A stretch of 64,000 bases of DNA from Candidatus Latescibacterota bacterium (GTDB lineage: Bacteria; Latescibacterota; UBA2968; SICM01), in contig CBDCJO010000002.1 in NCBI GenBank assembly GCA_965217865.1, positions 4,256,001-4,320,000 of the forward strand. Reading direction: 5' to 3'. The position numbers were made by a program, and so were the translations under genes. The notes under the pieces were generated by a model. It was not told the DNA's origin, ran no database searches, and saw only the letters and a program-made list of their open reading frames with translations. Positions 50,394-60,725 of this stretch are shown one piece after another (the first letter of the stretch is position 1; every line of letters starts with the position of its first letter).

Positions 50394-51287
50394 ATGAATA
50401 CTTCTGAGCGTGTTCCGGCAAAATACGATCTACACCTCCATACCTTTTGGAGCTACGATGCCACAGCCCATATCGAAAATCATTTCAAACGGGCGCGTGA
50501 ACTGGGGGTGCGCTGTATCGCCATCACCGAACATCACGTTCTGGACTCAATGGCCGATGTGCTGGAATGCGCCAAGGACTATCCGGAAGTGAAATCGATC
50601 CCCTCAGCGGAACTTTCAGTTACCACATCGATCGGCGCCGTCGATCTACTATGCTATGGATTCCCGCTTGAGTTTACGGGAGAATTGCAAGGACTTCTGG
50701 AAAACTACCACGCCTGGCTGCAAGCAGCCGGTTCTGCCAGGTCCAAAGCACTGCAGGCATTGGGACATAAATTCAGCGATACCGATCGAATGGAACTGCT
50801 CGAGACGTACAGACCTCCTCAGGCGATAGCTGTACAAGGAAACACCCACCTGAAGAACGATCTGCTGCGCAAATATTGCGTCGACCGTGGATTTATCTCC
50901 AACCCCGAGGATTACACCGACCTGATTGCCCGCGCCCATGAGCAAGTTCCCTTTCCCCCCTACCCGCGGGTAGAGGATGTTGTACCGGTCGTCAAGGGAG
51001 TGGGTGCCAGGGTTGCCATTGCCCACCCGCACGGTTATTTCAAGAGCGGCGATAGAGCGAGGATGGATGCTCTGCGTCAGGAGTGTCAACTCGACGGAGT
51101 CGAATGTGCCCACCGCAGAATTCCGCCCGAATTTACACCGATCTATCGCGAATATTGTGTTGAGCACGGACTCTTTTCGGTGGGGGGATCGGATTCACAC
51201 AGCGATGAAGATATTCAGGAATCCTTTGCCGGCCACGGGGGGGCCGACGTGTGGCTCGATGAGTTTTTGGCCTGCCTGACTCGGTGA
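50394..51287 (+). CDS. PHP-domain phosphoesterase (YciV/TrpH-like)
   Basis: DLHLHT..SYDA, AITEH, IAHP, DGVE, GGSDSH. Confidence 0.9.
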   Translation: MNTSERVPAKYDLHLHTFWSYDATAHIENHFKRARELGVRCIAITEHHVLDSMADVLECAKDYPEVKSIPSAELSVTTSIGAVDLLCYGFPLEFTGELQGLLENYHAWLQAAGSARSKALQALGHKFSDTDRMELLETYRPPQAIAVQGNTHLKNDLLRKYCVDRGFISNPEDYTDLIARAHEQVPFPPYPRVEDVVPVVKGVGARVAIAHPHGYFKSGDRARMDALRQECQLDGVECAHRRIPPEFTPIYREYCVEHGLFSVGGSDSHSDEDIQESFAGHGGADVWLDEFLACLTR

Positions 51288-51342
51288 GGGACGAAAGCCG
51301 TGCTGTCGAGGATTGATCGAACGATACCTGAATGGACTAACA

Positions 51343-51861
51343 ATGCCCTTGGTACGAGTGGTTGAAGCAGATGATTTGCCGAAGATCGTTGAGACTTACC
51401 CGAAGTCCATTGGGGCGCCTGTAAATCGGCATATCGAGCGTTTCGACCTACAGCAGAATGGAGACGTTACCTGTTTTGCTGCGTGGGATGGGACTCGTCC
51501 AGTCGGTTATGTGTTCGTGCTCTGGCCCGGCGGGAGCGGGGACGTCACAGAACAGGGTGTGGCTCTGGGATGCGCGGAGATCTCCGACCTCTCCGTCTCA
51601 CAAGATGCCCGCGGTCAAGGAATTGGGCGAATGTTGATGGAAACGGCAGAAGCGCTTGTTAAGTCGCGAGGCGTGCGCATCCTGGGCCTTGAAGTCACTG
51701 CGACCAACCCGTACCAAGACGTCGCCCGCAAGCTGTACAAGAACCTGGACTATGAGGATGCCGGCTTCGGCGAGTTCATGTCAGGATATACCTACTGGGA
51801 TGCCGACGGGAATCCCCATCGAGACGAAGAGCCGTACCGTTACCTCATAAAGAGGCTTTAA
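51343..51861 (+). CDS. GNAT acetyltransferase
   Basis: LSVSQDARGQGIG, ARKLYKNLDY. Confidence 0.88.
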   Translation: MPLVRVVEADDLPKIVETYPKSIGAPVNRHIERFDLQQNGDVTCFAAWDGTRPVGYVFVLWPGGSGDVTEQGVALGCAEISDLSVSQDARGQGIGRMLMETAEALVKSRGVRILGLEVTATNPYQDVARKLYKNLDYEDAGFGEFMSGYTYWDADGNPHRDEEPYRYLIKRL

Positions 51862-51906
51862 CCCGTTATTCCTATTAGTTATTCCTATTGAACAGAGAAA
51901 TTCGAG

Positions 51907-52323
51907 ATGAACTTGATATCAACGTTAGCTCTCTTGAGAACAGATATATCTACATCGAGCAGGTTTATTGTGCATGTATTCTTGATTTTGACACTATCTA
52001 TATGTGGAGGCTGCTCCAAAAAAGAAATCGATAGCAGCGTAAATATCGGAGAACCTGCTTTGACACTCTCACCAGGGGGCACTCTGACGGTTGGAGTTTC
52101 GACAAAGATTGAAAGAAGTGGGAATTACAACCTGACAAGTGGCACTGCTCGACTTAGTTGGCGTTGCACTGGAAGTGTCACGATAAGTGTTCAGTCACAG
52201 AGTGGTAATTCTTCACAACGGTGTCTTAACTCCGGGCAAAGCGTATCGGCCGTGGGTCCAGGAACTATCACAGTTCAACTCGCAGAGGGAGCTTCAGTCG
52301 TGGTCCTGGCAGCTTCAAGCTGA
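51907..52323 (+). CDS. Hypothetical exported/lipoprotein
   Basis: Hydrophobic stretch then GGC-SKK; small beta-rich domain with a Cys pair. Confidence 0.5.
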   Translation: MNLISTLALLRTDISTSSRFIVHVFLILTLSICGGCSKKEIDSSVNIGEPALTLSPGGTLTVGVSTKIERSGNYNLTSGTARLSWRCTGSVTISVQSQSGNSSQRCLNSGQSVSAVGPGTITVQLAEGASVVVLAASS

Positions 52324-52415
52324 GAAGGCATTGTGGCATACGGACAAAGTGAACGAACTCAACACGGAGCCTCCATTGAAGAGGCCATATTGACACGATG
52401 CTGCAAAATATTCCC

Positions 52416-52444
52416 TTGACATTGGTCATGAGGAGATATAACTT
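52416..52444 (+). promoter_or_regulatory. Sigma70-type promoter followed by a structured leader of about 120 nt
   Basis: TTGACA-17-TAACTT; leader has GCCCGC/GCGGGC complementary arms. Confidence 0.5.
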
Positions 52445-52569
52445 AGAGTCAGTGCTTCAAGAAAGCCCCCCGCCCGCGGCAAGGGTTAAACCCATCTCCT
52501 TCCAAATCTCCGCACCTTCTTTCTGCCTGGCTAAGCGGGCAACAGGCCTATTCAAGAAAGAGGGCTGCC

Positions 52570-53889
52570 ATGTCTGTACACCTTCCTGCCAATCCCAGCC
52601 TCGAATATCTCCGAAAACAAGCCAAATCACTCCTCAAATCCTACCAAGCCGGCGATTCTCAAGTTTTATCCAGAATTACGGAATGGCATCCGAGCTTTTC
52701 CAGTCTTTCCAAGTTTGGTCTGCGCGATGCACAGGTTGTCATCGCCCGTGAATATGGCTTTGACAACTGGTCCGAACTGAAAAAGCATGTCCAGTCACTG
52801 CAGCCGCCCGCAGACGAGGGCGCGTTGCGTGACCACGGTGATGCGATCGTCCACTCCGTCATATTCTACGAGAGAGAGGTTCGCAAGCTCAGCATCGCAC
52901 TAACTGAAGACTGGCCGCAAGTTACCGAACGGATTCGCTCACACCTCTCAAGATCCTCCCAGATGACCGACGACCAAATCCGTACGCAGTTAACGGAGGA
53001 CGACTTGCATCAAGTCATCGCGTCTGAAACTGGATTTCATAACTGGGAGACTCTTCGAAGCGCTGTCGAATCCCGTGACAATGAGCCACAATGGGTGGAC
53101 AAGTTTCTTGATCTTGCCTGCCTCAGTTATGACCCGGTATATGACGAGGTTGAGCGAATCAAACAGGCCAGATCGATACTCGAAGAACATCCAGAAATCA
53201 CAACCCACAGCATCCACGCTGCGGCTGCAGTTGGTGAGTCGAGCACGGTTGAACGATTTCTTAGAAAGGATCCAACGCTGGTCCATGCAAAAGGTGGGCC
53301 GCGTTATTGGGAGCCTCTGCTTTATACATGTTATTCCCGGATAAACAGCACATTGCCGGGCCAGAACACATTGGAAGCGGCAAGCGTTCTAATCGCGAAT
53401 GCAGCTGAGCCAAATACTTTCTGGAATGATCCATGGGGCAACAAATTCACCGCGCTGACGGGTGCCATCGGCGAAGGTGAACAAGGACTTCAACGATGCC
53501 CTCCTCACCAATATGCCAATGATATGGCGATACTGTTGTTGGACGCCGGAACAAACCCGAACGACAGCCAAGGACTCTATAACAGCATGTTCACACCCGG
53601 CAACGAATGGCTTGAACTGTTACTTCGTTACGGACTGAAGCATACTGATCCTGGCAACTGGAACGATAGGGAACCTTCCACGATGAATTTTCAGTTGGCT
53701 TATGCAGTGAAGGTAGGATTCATCGACAGGGTGGCCTTGCTTCTCAAGCACGGGGCGGATCCGAACTTTCAGAGCGACCATAAGAACCTACCAACCCACC
53801 TCTTGGAATCTGCAAGAAACGATGGTTATGTGGGAATTGCCGAATTGATTGTGAAGCACAGAGCTACTTCGCCTGACGAAGTTGAGTAG
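52570..53889 (+). CDS. Ankyrin-repeat-like protein with a duplicated N-terminal helical module
   Basis: LPANPSLEYLRKQAKSLL..AQVVIAREYGFDNW, second copy QVIASETGFHNW; LLLDAGTNPN, LLLKHGADPN. Confidence 0.8.
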   Translation: MSVHLPANPSLEYLRKQAKSLLKSYQAGDSQVLSRITEWHPSFSSLSKFGLRDAQVVIAREYGFDNWSELKKHVQSLQPPADEGALRDHGDAIVHSVIFYEREVRKLSIALTEDWPQVTERIRSHLSRSSQMTDDQIRTQLTEDDLHQVIASETGFHNWETLRSAVESRDNEPQWVDKFLDLACLSYDPVYDEVERIKQARSILEEHPEITTHSIHAAAAVGESSTVERFLRKDPTLVHAKGGPRYWEPLLYTCYSRINSTLPGQNTLEAASVLIANAAEPNTFWNDPWGNKFTALTGAIGEGEQGLQRCPPHQYANDMAILLLDAGTNPNDSQGLYNSMFTPGNEWLELLLRYGLKHTDPGNWNDREPSTMNFQLAYAVKVGFIDRVALLLKHGADPNFQSDHKNLPTHLLESARNDGYVGIAELIVKHRATSPDEVE

Positions 53890-54102
53890 AACCACATCCT
53901 GGGACTTGCGCTACGTCCTTACTGTCGTCTCGAACATCGTGCAGAAAAGTAGGCCTCCTTCGGTTACACTGCAAAAAACCGCCACTGCACTCAGGAGGTA
54001 CCTTCGACAGGTCTCGTGGGTTTACTGGGCCTGGGTGGAACGATCAAAAGAAAAGGCACGGTCGCGCCGATTGACGTGTCATTCTGTGCTGGTTTCGCAG
54101 AC

Positions 54103-54783
54103 CTACCTGAAATGGTGATCTGCATTGTACAGAATCAATCCTGCCCTACGCGCAACACCCTGTGATGCCACATTGTCCAATCCGGTGCTGTAGATAGGGA
54201 TTTGTCCCAGCTCCATTACTGCGGCTCCCCATTCAACGGCGACCGCGGTCGCGTACCCCCTGCGGCGATAGCCTTCTAATGTCTCCACGCCGGCGACGTG
54301 CGCTTCTTGTGAGATGTACGGGCTGTGACACTGCGAAACCAACCGGCTGTCCTCGACAACTGCGACACACGGCTGACATTCCTTAAATTCCTCTAAGAGC
54401 CAGGGGAAAGAGGTTCTGGCCAGGTGGACGTTATCCTGGTTGACTCTGACCACGTCCGGAAAGCGCTGCAGCTTCTCAGGGTACCGATACCCAAGTCCCA
54501 TCGTTACTTGCTGAACCGGCTCGTGCTTACCGAGTATACGTTTGTACTCTTCAAAAAGAGTGAGTCCTCGGGATAGATCCGTGACGATTGGCTCCTCATC
54601 GATAACATCCTCGAGATCTTTGATTACTTGAAGGGGTAGATCGTACCGGAACCTCCTGACGTTGCCGTCTCTGGTTTGCCCCAGAAATAGTCGCGGAGAG
54701 CGATCACTCTTGAAATGCCCGTGTTCGTCCACCGGATTTGAAGCTTCAACTTCTATCTCTAGCAATCGGTAGTCGTCGAGCAT
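54103..54783 (-). CDS. GNAT acetyltransferase
   Basis: GVETLEGYRRRGYA, YST..DNVASQGVA. Confidence 0.88.
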   Translation of the reverse strand: MLDDYRLLEIEVEASNPVDEHGHFKSDRSPRLFLGQTRDGNVRRFRYDLPLQVIKDLEDVIDEEPIVTDLSRGLTLFEEYKRILGKHEPVQQVTMGLGYRYPEKLQRFPDVVRVNQDNVHLARTSFPWLLEEFKECQPCVAVVEDSRLVSQCHSPYISQEAHVAGVETLEGYRRRGYATAVAVEWGAAVMELGQIPIYSTGLDNVASQGVARRAGLILYNADHHFR

Positions 54784-55236
54784 AGTGGCGTTTCCTCTGA
54801 GATATCAAGTGTAGAGGTGTACAATACTCGTGTAAGGATGCACAAATTGGTTTTTTTTGTCCTCTGCTATGGATGTATGCTCTATATGAATTCAGCTGTC
54901 TATCGTATGTTGTCGTTTCAGGGATTGTCCTTTATCGACCTATTCGGCTTTCCTTTTCAAAATCATCATGAAGGAGGTCATCGGAGGCAACAGTTTTGGG
55001 AGTCATTTTCCTAGCAATATTATATAGCCTTATTTTAGACTTGGCGGAACTTTCATGAAAGTATTTGAACTTGGATACCCCTTCCTTTGGAAGGGGAGGA
55101 AAAGTTTAGCTTGCTGAGGGTAAGCTAAAAGGCTGTTTTGTCCGTACCGTAGTCGAAAAGGTAACTTCTAAAGTGATCAGAGGATATATTCGGTTTCATC
55201 TTCAAGAGCAGAAAGGGCCCCTACAGTTGGATCTGT

Positions 55237-55992
55237 TTGGGGAGGGGAGTGGTTAATGCCCCGCCCTTTGGGCGGGGTGATTTACTTGCACAGAATGGGA
55301 TTTCTCAGTCACGACAAAGATTGATCGCCAAAATGATTGCTGACGCTAGGCTTAAAAATCCAGATGAGAAAATTCGACAAATTCTGCAGAATTATCGAAT
55401 TTTCAAGGAAATTTCTATAGGTCCAAAGGAAATCCAAGTTGCGAGATTCTTTATCGAAAAAACATGGGTCGGTCCACAGCATGGTAGTGACTGGCGATTC
55501 AGATTGATGGTCACGGACGCTGTCGTGATTGGAAAAGTGGATAAGATTATTGATCTGCCAACCTCCTGCGGCTATAACACCGCTATTCAAATTTCTGTAG
55601 AGAGATTTCTAAAAGGCCATTCTCCAGAAAAAACTATTACAGTTAAATTGATAAGTGGAAAGGTCGCCGACGGAATCAACTTTGTCCGCGTAACCTCTGA
55701 ACCCAAATTTCAAATAGGTGAGAGGATACTCATATTTCTAGGAAAGACCCCTTCTCGCCTTCATCGGGAACTATCAAGTCACCCCCGTCCTGACAACATT
55801 GAACTATGGTATAAAACCGAAACAGATAACTATTTTGAGCCTGGGTATGTCAAGTATACAATTGATAGTGAAGAGAAACTAGATTGGCCTTTTCTTCAAA
55901 GCGGAGGATATGATTGGTATGCTGGAAAAAAGGATTTATCTTTCGCCATAGAAGAAATTCAGAAAGCTATGGACGCAGAACTAACCTGGTAG
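55237..55992 (+). CDS. Hypothetical AT-rich protein (5' end uncertain)
   Basis: Long ORF; DAVVIGKV..VERFLKG..PKFQIGERILIFL beta-barrel-like pattern. Confidence 0.55.
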   Translation: MGRGVVNAPPFGRGDLLAQNGISQSRQRLIAKMIADARLKNPDEKIRQILQNYRIFKEISIGPKEIQVARFFIEKTWVGPQHGSDWRFRLMVTDAVVIGKVDKIIDLPTSCGYNTAIQISVERFLKGHSPEKTITVKLISGKVADGINFVRVTSEPKFQIGERILIFLGKTPSRLHRELSSHPRPDNIELWYKTETDNYFEPGYVKYTIDSEEKLDWPFLQSGGYDWYAGKKDLSFAIEEIQKAMDAELTW

Positions 55993-56055
55993 CGCCGCGC
56001 CCACGGCAGGTTCGGGGGTGACAAACCTAATGTCCACCGATATAGGAGATCCCCA

Positions 56056-56701
56056 ATGCAGAAACTGGTTTTACTGGGCATCGGGGGCAACGCCTCGGAT
56101 ATTTTCGATGCGGTTGTGGAAATCAACCGGGTGAAACCCACCTATGAGGTGCTCGGCTATGTTACGGCCGACGGCAAGCCCAGAGAAAAGGGAGGCCTCA
56201 CCTTTCTGGGCGGCTTAAAAGACGTGCGTTCCCTGCCGGAGGACGTTCAGATTGCCGGGTTTATCTTCAGTCCGGGGGTCCTATCGCACCTGGCCGGATA
56301 CGGTGGCGGGACTGGGCCTGCCGCCGGAACGCTTTGCCACAATTGTCCATCCCCGGGCGTTTGTCTCCGGGCAGAGCAGGGTGGGCCGGGGATCGGTGAT
56401 CTTAGCGGGAACTACGGTGGGGGCGTTTGTGACCATTGGCGACCACGTGATAATCCTGCAGAACGTGGGCCTCTCCCACGATGATGTGATCGACGATTAC
56501 TCCTGCCTTGCGGTAGGTGTGAGTTTCTCGGGGAGCGTGCGGGTGGAGCGGAACTGTTTTCTGGGGACGAATTCGACGATTATCGGGGCGACAATCGGCG
56601 AGGGGAGTATGGTGGGGGCGGGGACGCTGATCCGGCACGATGTGCCCCCGGGCGAGGTGTGGGTAGGCAATCCCGGGCGTTTCTTGAAAAAGGTGGGGTG
56701 A
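56056..56701 (+). CDS. NeuD/PglD-family sugar acetyltransferase; +1 frameshift in the G-run at about 56275
   Basis: LVLLGIGG..; FATIVHP, hexapeptide repeats, VWVGNPGR. Confidence 0.85.
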
Positions 56702-56908
56702 TTGAGGGGAGAATCTGATTCGTCGTTCGTGTCTCGTGATTCGAAAAGGTTTGTCCCCGCTGCCTTTCCGATCCCTGAGTCACGAATCACGATCCACGAC
56801 CCTCTTCCCTTCCTGCCTGTCGTCGGGCTTATACGCGACACCGGTTTTTGTGATTCTTTCAACAAGAAGGGCGCAAAGAAGATCCCAACCCAAAGGAGGT
56901 TGCTGAAT

Positions 56909-57059
56909 ATGAGCAAGTTAGCTGGAAAAATAGCTGTAATAACAGGTGGCAACAGCGGCATTGGATATGCATCGGCCAAAGAATTTAAAGAGAAAGGAGC
57001 AACAGTTGTAATTACTGGGCGTAATGAAGAAAAAGTCAAAAAAGCGGCTTCCGAACTAG
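56909..57059 (+). pseudogene. SDR oxidoreductase N-terminal fragment interrupted by an IS
   Basis: MSKLAGKIAVITGGNSGIG..VVITGRN; the rest of the gene is not found after the IS. Confidence 0.85.
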
Positions 57060-58585
57060 CAGCCCGTTGAAGAACTACCTTTCAACGCACATAAACGGAA
57101 AAGACGCCTGGAGTGCGGGTCAGATAAATCAAGGTAAGGAGATTGAGCAGGAGACGCTGATAAGAGGTTAAAAAGGTGACCGAGGGCAGCAAACGTGATT
57201 GTAGGACGAGCAGTAGACGCTGCAAGGCCTTGGCCAGGTCCTGGAGGGCCTTCGGAGTACCTACGCCCATCACTTTGCGCATGAGCAGAGCCAGGTTGCA
57301 GCCCCCGATGTGGATCAGCAAACGCTTGAGGATATTGCCGCGGTCTCTCAAGTGCAACCTGCGCATGCCACCGGTATCATATGTGTGAGCGATGGTTCTT
57401 TCCACCCGTTCTGCACGACTTCGGCGCAAGGCCTTGCCGCGATCTCCCTTGATCCGGCGTCGATTCGCATATACCGCGGCCTGCTCATCTCGTCGGCCGT
57501 TCCACTTGCGGCGTCCCCGATCCGGTTCTGAAATGTAACTCCGGATGCCGCCTTGCTTCAGACTGGTCAATACATCGTTGCTATGATATCCTTTGTCCGC
57601 AACCACCTCCCGTATACGCTGTCTGTGCAAACGTTTGGCAGCTTTTTCGTCCTTCGCGACCTGCTTGAGATTGAGCGGCGCCTCGAGCAGCGTCCAGGGC
57701 AACGACTCGGTATCTCCTTCATCTGCTCCCGACAACGCCACTGCCACAATGGCATTGGTGTCCAGATCCACCGCGTGCTCCACCTTGTGCGCCATGTGCG
57801 TGCGACCGTCCTTCATCTTAGCGATCTTGGCATCCGGGTCGTGCGGGTGCTCCCAGTCCTGGTTCGATCCCTTCTTCGGTCGCTTCTTATCGATCTTGGA
57901 CAAGTCCTCGCGGGTAGGCGTTTCAATGCCCGAGGCCTTGGCCAGATTCTCAAGGAATGCCTGGTAGCCTTCACCCGTGTCACGGCGTACAATGCTGCGC
58001 ATCGCGGCGTTGGCCTCCAGTGTCGTAGCATCCACGCCCAACGTCTTCCCCTTCACCAGACCCGCTTTGCACAAGACCCTCAGGATCCACTTGAAAACCG
58101 CTTCGTGAACTTCCAAGGGAAGCCGATGCCGGATGCGAGACAGGCTGGAATGATCCGGGGTCTGTTCGTCAAGGGCATACCCCAAAAACCGGCGCAACGT
58201 CAGCGAGTCAGATACACGCCATTCGATCCCACGTTCCGAATCAAGTCCCTCGAAATACCCAATCAAAAGCATCCGAAAATAAACCCCGGGCGGAATGCCC
58301 TTGCGACCCATATGAGGAGCGTAATACCGCTGGCAAAGCCCCTCGACGAACTCGTCGAAGCCGTTCGCCCCCAATACCTGATTCAGCTTCTCGTAGAACG
58401 GATGACCCGGAGATTTCACCAAAGTGTTCGATGCGATGAACAGGTTTTCCTGTCTCTGTCGTCCTCGTTTTCCCATTGCCATTTGCTCGTCCTCCCTTCT
58501 CAGTTTGAACCTGATATATCATAGGACCAAACCACAAGGAAAGACAACAGTCATCTTGGCATAAACGCACTTTTTCAACAGGCTG
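57060..58585 (-). mobile_element. Complete IS5/IS1182-type insertion sequence
   Basis: IRs CAGCCCGTTGAAGAA / CAGCCTGTTGAAAAA; CTAG duplicated (57056-57059, 58586-58589). Confidence 0.9.
57082..58482 (-). CDS. DDE transposase (DUF772-type N-terminus)
   Basis: TPDHSSLSR, GVDATTLEANA, VADKGY, ERVERT. Confidence 0.92.
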   Translation of the reverse strand: MAMGKRGRQRQENLFIASNTLVKSPGHPFYEKLNQVLGANGFDEFVEGLCQRYYAPHMGRKGIPPGVYFRMLLIGYFEGLDSERGIEWRVSDSLTLRRFLGYALDEQTPDHSSLSRIRHRLPLEVHEAVFKWILRVLCKAGLVKGKTLGVDATTLEANAAMRSIVRRDTGEGYQAFLENLAKASGIETPTREDLSKIDKKRPKKGSNQDWEHPHDPDAKIAKMKDGRTHMAHKVEHAVDLDTNAIVAVALSGADEGDTESLPWTLLEAPLNLKQVAKDEKAAKRLHRQRIREVVADKGYHSNDVLTSLKQGGIRSYISEPDRGRRKWNGRRDEQAAVYANRRRIKGDRGKALRRSRAERVERTIAHTYDTGGMRRLHLRDRGNILKRLLIHIGGCNLALLMRKVMGVGTPKALQDLAKALQRLLLVLQSRLLPSVTFLTSYQRLLLNLLTLIYLTRTPGVFSVYVR

Positions 58586-58617
58586 CTAGGGGCGCTAGTT
58601 TCTTCACCGCATACGTC

Positions 58618-58695
58618 AGTTAACACCGAGTGCCCGCCTCCGCTTCGCTCCGGAGAAACCTGCTTCGCAGGTTCGGGCACTCTTGAACGTTAGTG
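58618..58695 (+). mobile_element. attC site
   Basis: AGTTAAC..GAGTGCCCG / CGGGCACTC..GTTAGTG. Confidence 0.8.
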
Positions 58696-58775
58696 GCCAT
58701 TGGGGTTTGACGACATCGATCCAAGGCGAATGAGGACAAACCCAACATCCAAGATCAGAGGCATTGTTGCCTGAG

Positions 58776-59546
58776 ATGAAGTTCGCAGTCGAGGAAGCTA
58801 GAGGTATTGTCGAGGCAGTGGCCGACGTCTACCAGTCCCACATGAAGGAATGGTTCGTTGGTCTGATTGTATTCGGTTCTGCCGTCAAGGGAGGCTTCAT
58901 CCCAAGATGTAGTGACATCGACTTTCAACTCTTCCTGAAAGGTGCTGCCTTTGATTCAGATGGATGTCTGTCCCTGGCCTTAGGTTTGGCGATACACCGT
59001 GATCTTTCGAAGGTCGATCCAGAGCCATTCCGATACATCCAATGCACCCCATTTTCCACCCAACGACTCGCAAGGGAGAACTTCGGTCCAGTCCCCGAAA
59101 CCTACCTGGTGGTTCGCGGTCATCTTCCAGTATCGGAGGCTACGGCTGAACAGCTGGTTGAATCTGCTAAACATGAATTGTCGGCACTCGATCCGTCGCC
59201 TGATTTCATACGGAAAGGTCTTCTTGACCATGGGGCAGGACGACTTGAGAGGGATTTGAGACTGCTTTGTACGAAAGTCTGGCCGGTTTTTTTTCACGTT
59301 CTGAGTATACACTCGGACGATCCGATATGGGCCTGGCAACTCCCAAAGGATCGAGCTTCCGATGAACTCCCGGAAGACCTTGGACTCAGACGAGGAATGC
59401 GTGAGTTTTATGAGTCAGTCCTAAAGTATTATCCTGAAGAAAGAACTGGCCCAGAGGCCTTGGACTTGATCGAAAAAGGGGTCGTGTTCCTATCTGCGGC
59501 GAAGACTTGGTGGGAAATCAAAGGGGAAAAACAGGAAAAGGGTTGA
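58776..59546 (+). CDS. Nucleotidyltransferase-fold hypothetical protein (gene cassette)
   Basis: VFGSAVKGG..SDIDFQL; bounded by GTTAGTGGCC and GGCCACTAAC. Confidence 0.7.
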   Translation: MKFAVEEARGIVEAVADVYQSHMKEWFVGLIVFGSAVKGGFIPRCSDIDFQLFLKGAAFDSDGCLSLALGLAIHRDLSKVDPEPFRYIQCTPFSTQRLARENFGPVPETYLVVRGHLPVSEATAEQLVESAKHELSALDPSPDFIRKGLLDHGAGRLERDLRLLCTKVWPVFFHVLSIHSDDPIWAWQLPKDRASDELPEDLGLRRGMREFYESVLKYYPEERTGPEALDLIEKGVVFLSAAKTWWEIKGEKQEKG

Positions 59547-59588
59547 GAGTCCGATCACACCTTATTTGAGCTTAAATCCCTAACAGGC

Positions 59589-59670
59589 CACTAACACGAC
59601 CGTGCGCGGCTCGGTGCATCTGCACCTTCGCCCAACAAGCCGGCAGTTCGCGCACCCGAAATCGTTAGTG
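59589..59670 (+). mobile_element. attC site
   Basis: CACTAAC..GTGCGCG / CGCGCAC..GTTAGTG. Confidence 0.85.
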
Positions 59671-59691
59671 GCCATGCTCGAAAATTGAGGG

Positions 59692-60177
59692 TTGCAAATG
59701 ACTGATGGCACGATTCCGGTAAGGCTGGCCGAAAGAGGAGACGTGACTTCCTTACTCGATGTCCTGCCTCAAATCAGTAGTCGACGCGATAGCCTCTCCG
59801 CAACAACTCTTGGAGTCGAGGAGTCAACGCGGATATTCGACCAGATGTGTTCTCACGGTAACGTCCACATCATCGTTGCACAGGAACGCCTCACGGAAAC
59901 TATCGTAGGTGCACTTACGATAGTGATCGTCCCAAATCTCACGTATGGTGGACGTCCTTGGTCCGTGATCGAGAATGTGGTTGTAAGGAGGGAGTGGAGA
60001 GGCAAGGGAATCGGCAAGCAGTTAATGGACTTCGCGGTAGACCTTGCGAAGGACAGGCACTGCTACAAGACGCAACTGCTGAGCGGAGCCAATGACAACC
60101 AAGTAGGCTTCTACAGAAGTGCGGGCTTCGATGACGCAAACAGTCGGGGATTCAAGAGGTATTTTGTTGACCGGTGA
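59692..60177 (+). CDS. GNAT acetyltransferase (gene cassette)
   Basis: IENVVVRREWRGKGIG, CYKTQLLS, FYRSAGF. Confidence 0.9.
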   Translation: MQMTDGTIPVRLAERGDVTSLLDVLPQISSRRDSLSATTLGVEESTRIFDQMCSHGNVHIIVAQERLTETIVGALTIVIVPNLTYGGRPWSVIENVVVRREWRGKGIGKQLMDFAVDLAKDRHCYKTQLLSGANDNQVGFYRSAGFDDANSRGFKRYFVDR

Positions 60178-60205
60178 GCACCGAAAGCAGAAGTGACTGC
60201 ACAGC

Positions 60206-60300
60206 CACTAACACCGTGCTCACGCTTCGGCGGCTTCGCCGCCTTGACCCTCCGGGCAACCTGGCTTGCGCCAGGTTCGTGAACACAGAAGACGTTATAC
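60206..60300 (+). mobile_element. attC site
   Basis: CACTAAC..GTGCTCACG / CGTGAACAC..GTTATAC. Confidence 0.85.
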
Positions 60301-60452
60301 GAGTATGGTTTCAGCTCGAGATTTCGTGACTTGGCTTTGGCTGACTTTCCAGAAAAAGGCAGTTATCAGGGTTCCATAGCCAATATTGGCTTATGAACGC
60401 GTAGTGAATTTACTCACATCGCGAAGATCTCAAACCACATAAGCGGCACGCC

Positions 60453-60538
60453 GTATAACATTGTGTGTGCGGTTCGGGGCTTTCACCCCTCACTGAAACC
60501 TCCTGACGGCAGGTTCGCACACACAAAGGACGTTATGG
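60453..60538 (+). mobile_element. attC site closing an ORF-less cassette
   Basis: GTATAAC..TTGTGTGTGCG / CGCACACACAA..GTTATGG. Confidence 0.85.
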
Positions 60539-60725
60539 GCATGCCGGTTTCGTGAGTATTCTGAATCGTTTAAGAGGGCAAAAAATACCATTCCCAAAAC
60601 CTCGGAAGTCATACAGCCAACACAGTTTCACCCATCCCGATTCCACCCGTGATCGCCATCCAACACCCACTTCAGTGTCTCCCTTACGGTCCATAGCTGT
60701 CAGTCCAACCCAGGGGAAATAGAAC

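Noticed and set aside
54838-55240. Signal-peptide-like ORF as the true start of the 55237-55992 gene
   Set aside because: I could not reconstruct a credible continuous frame; left unresolved.
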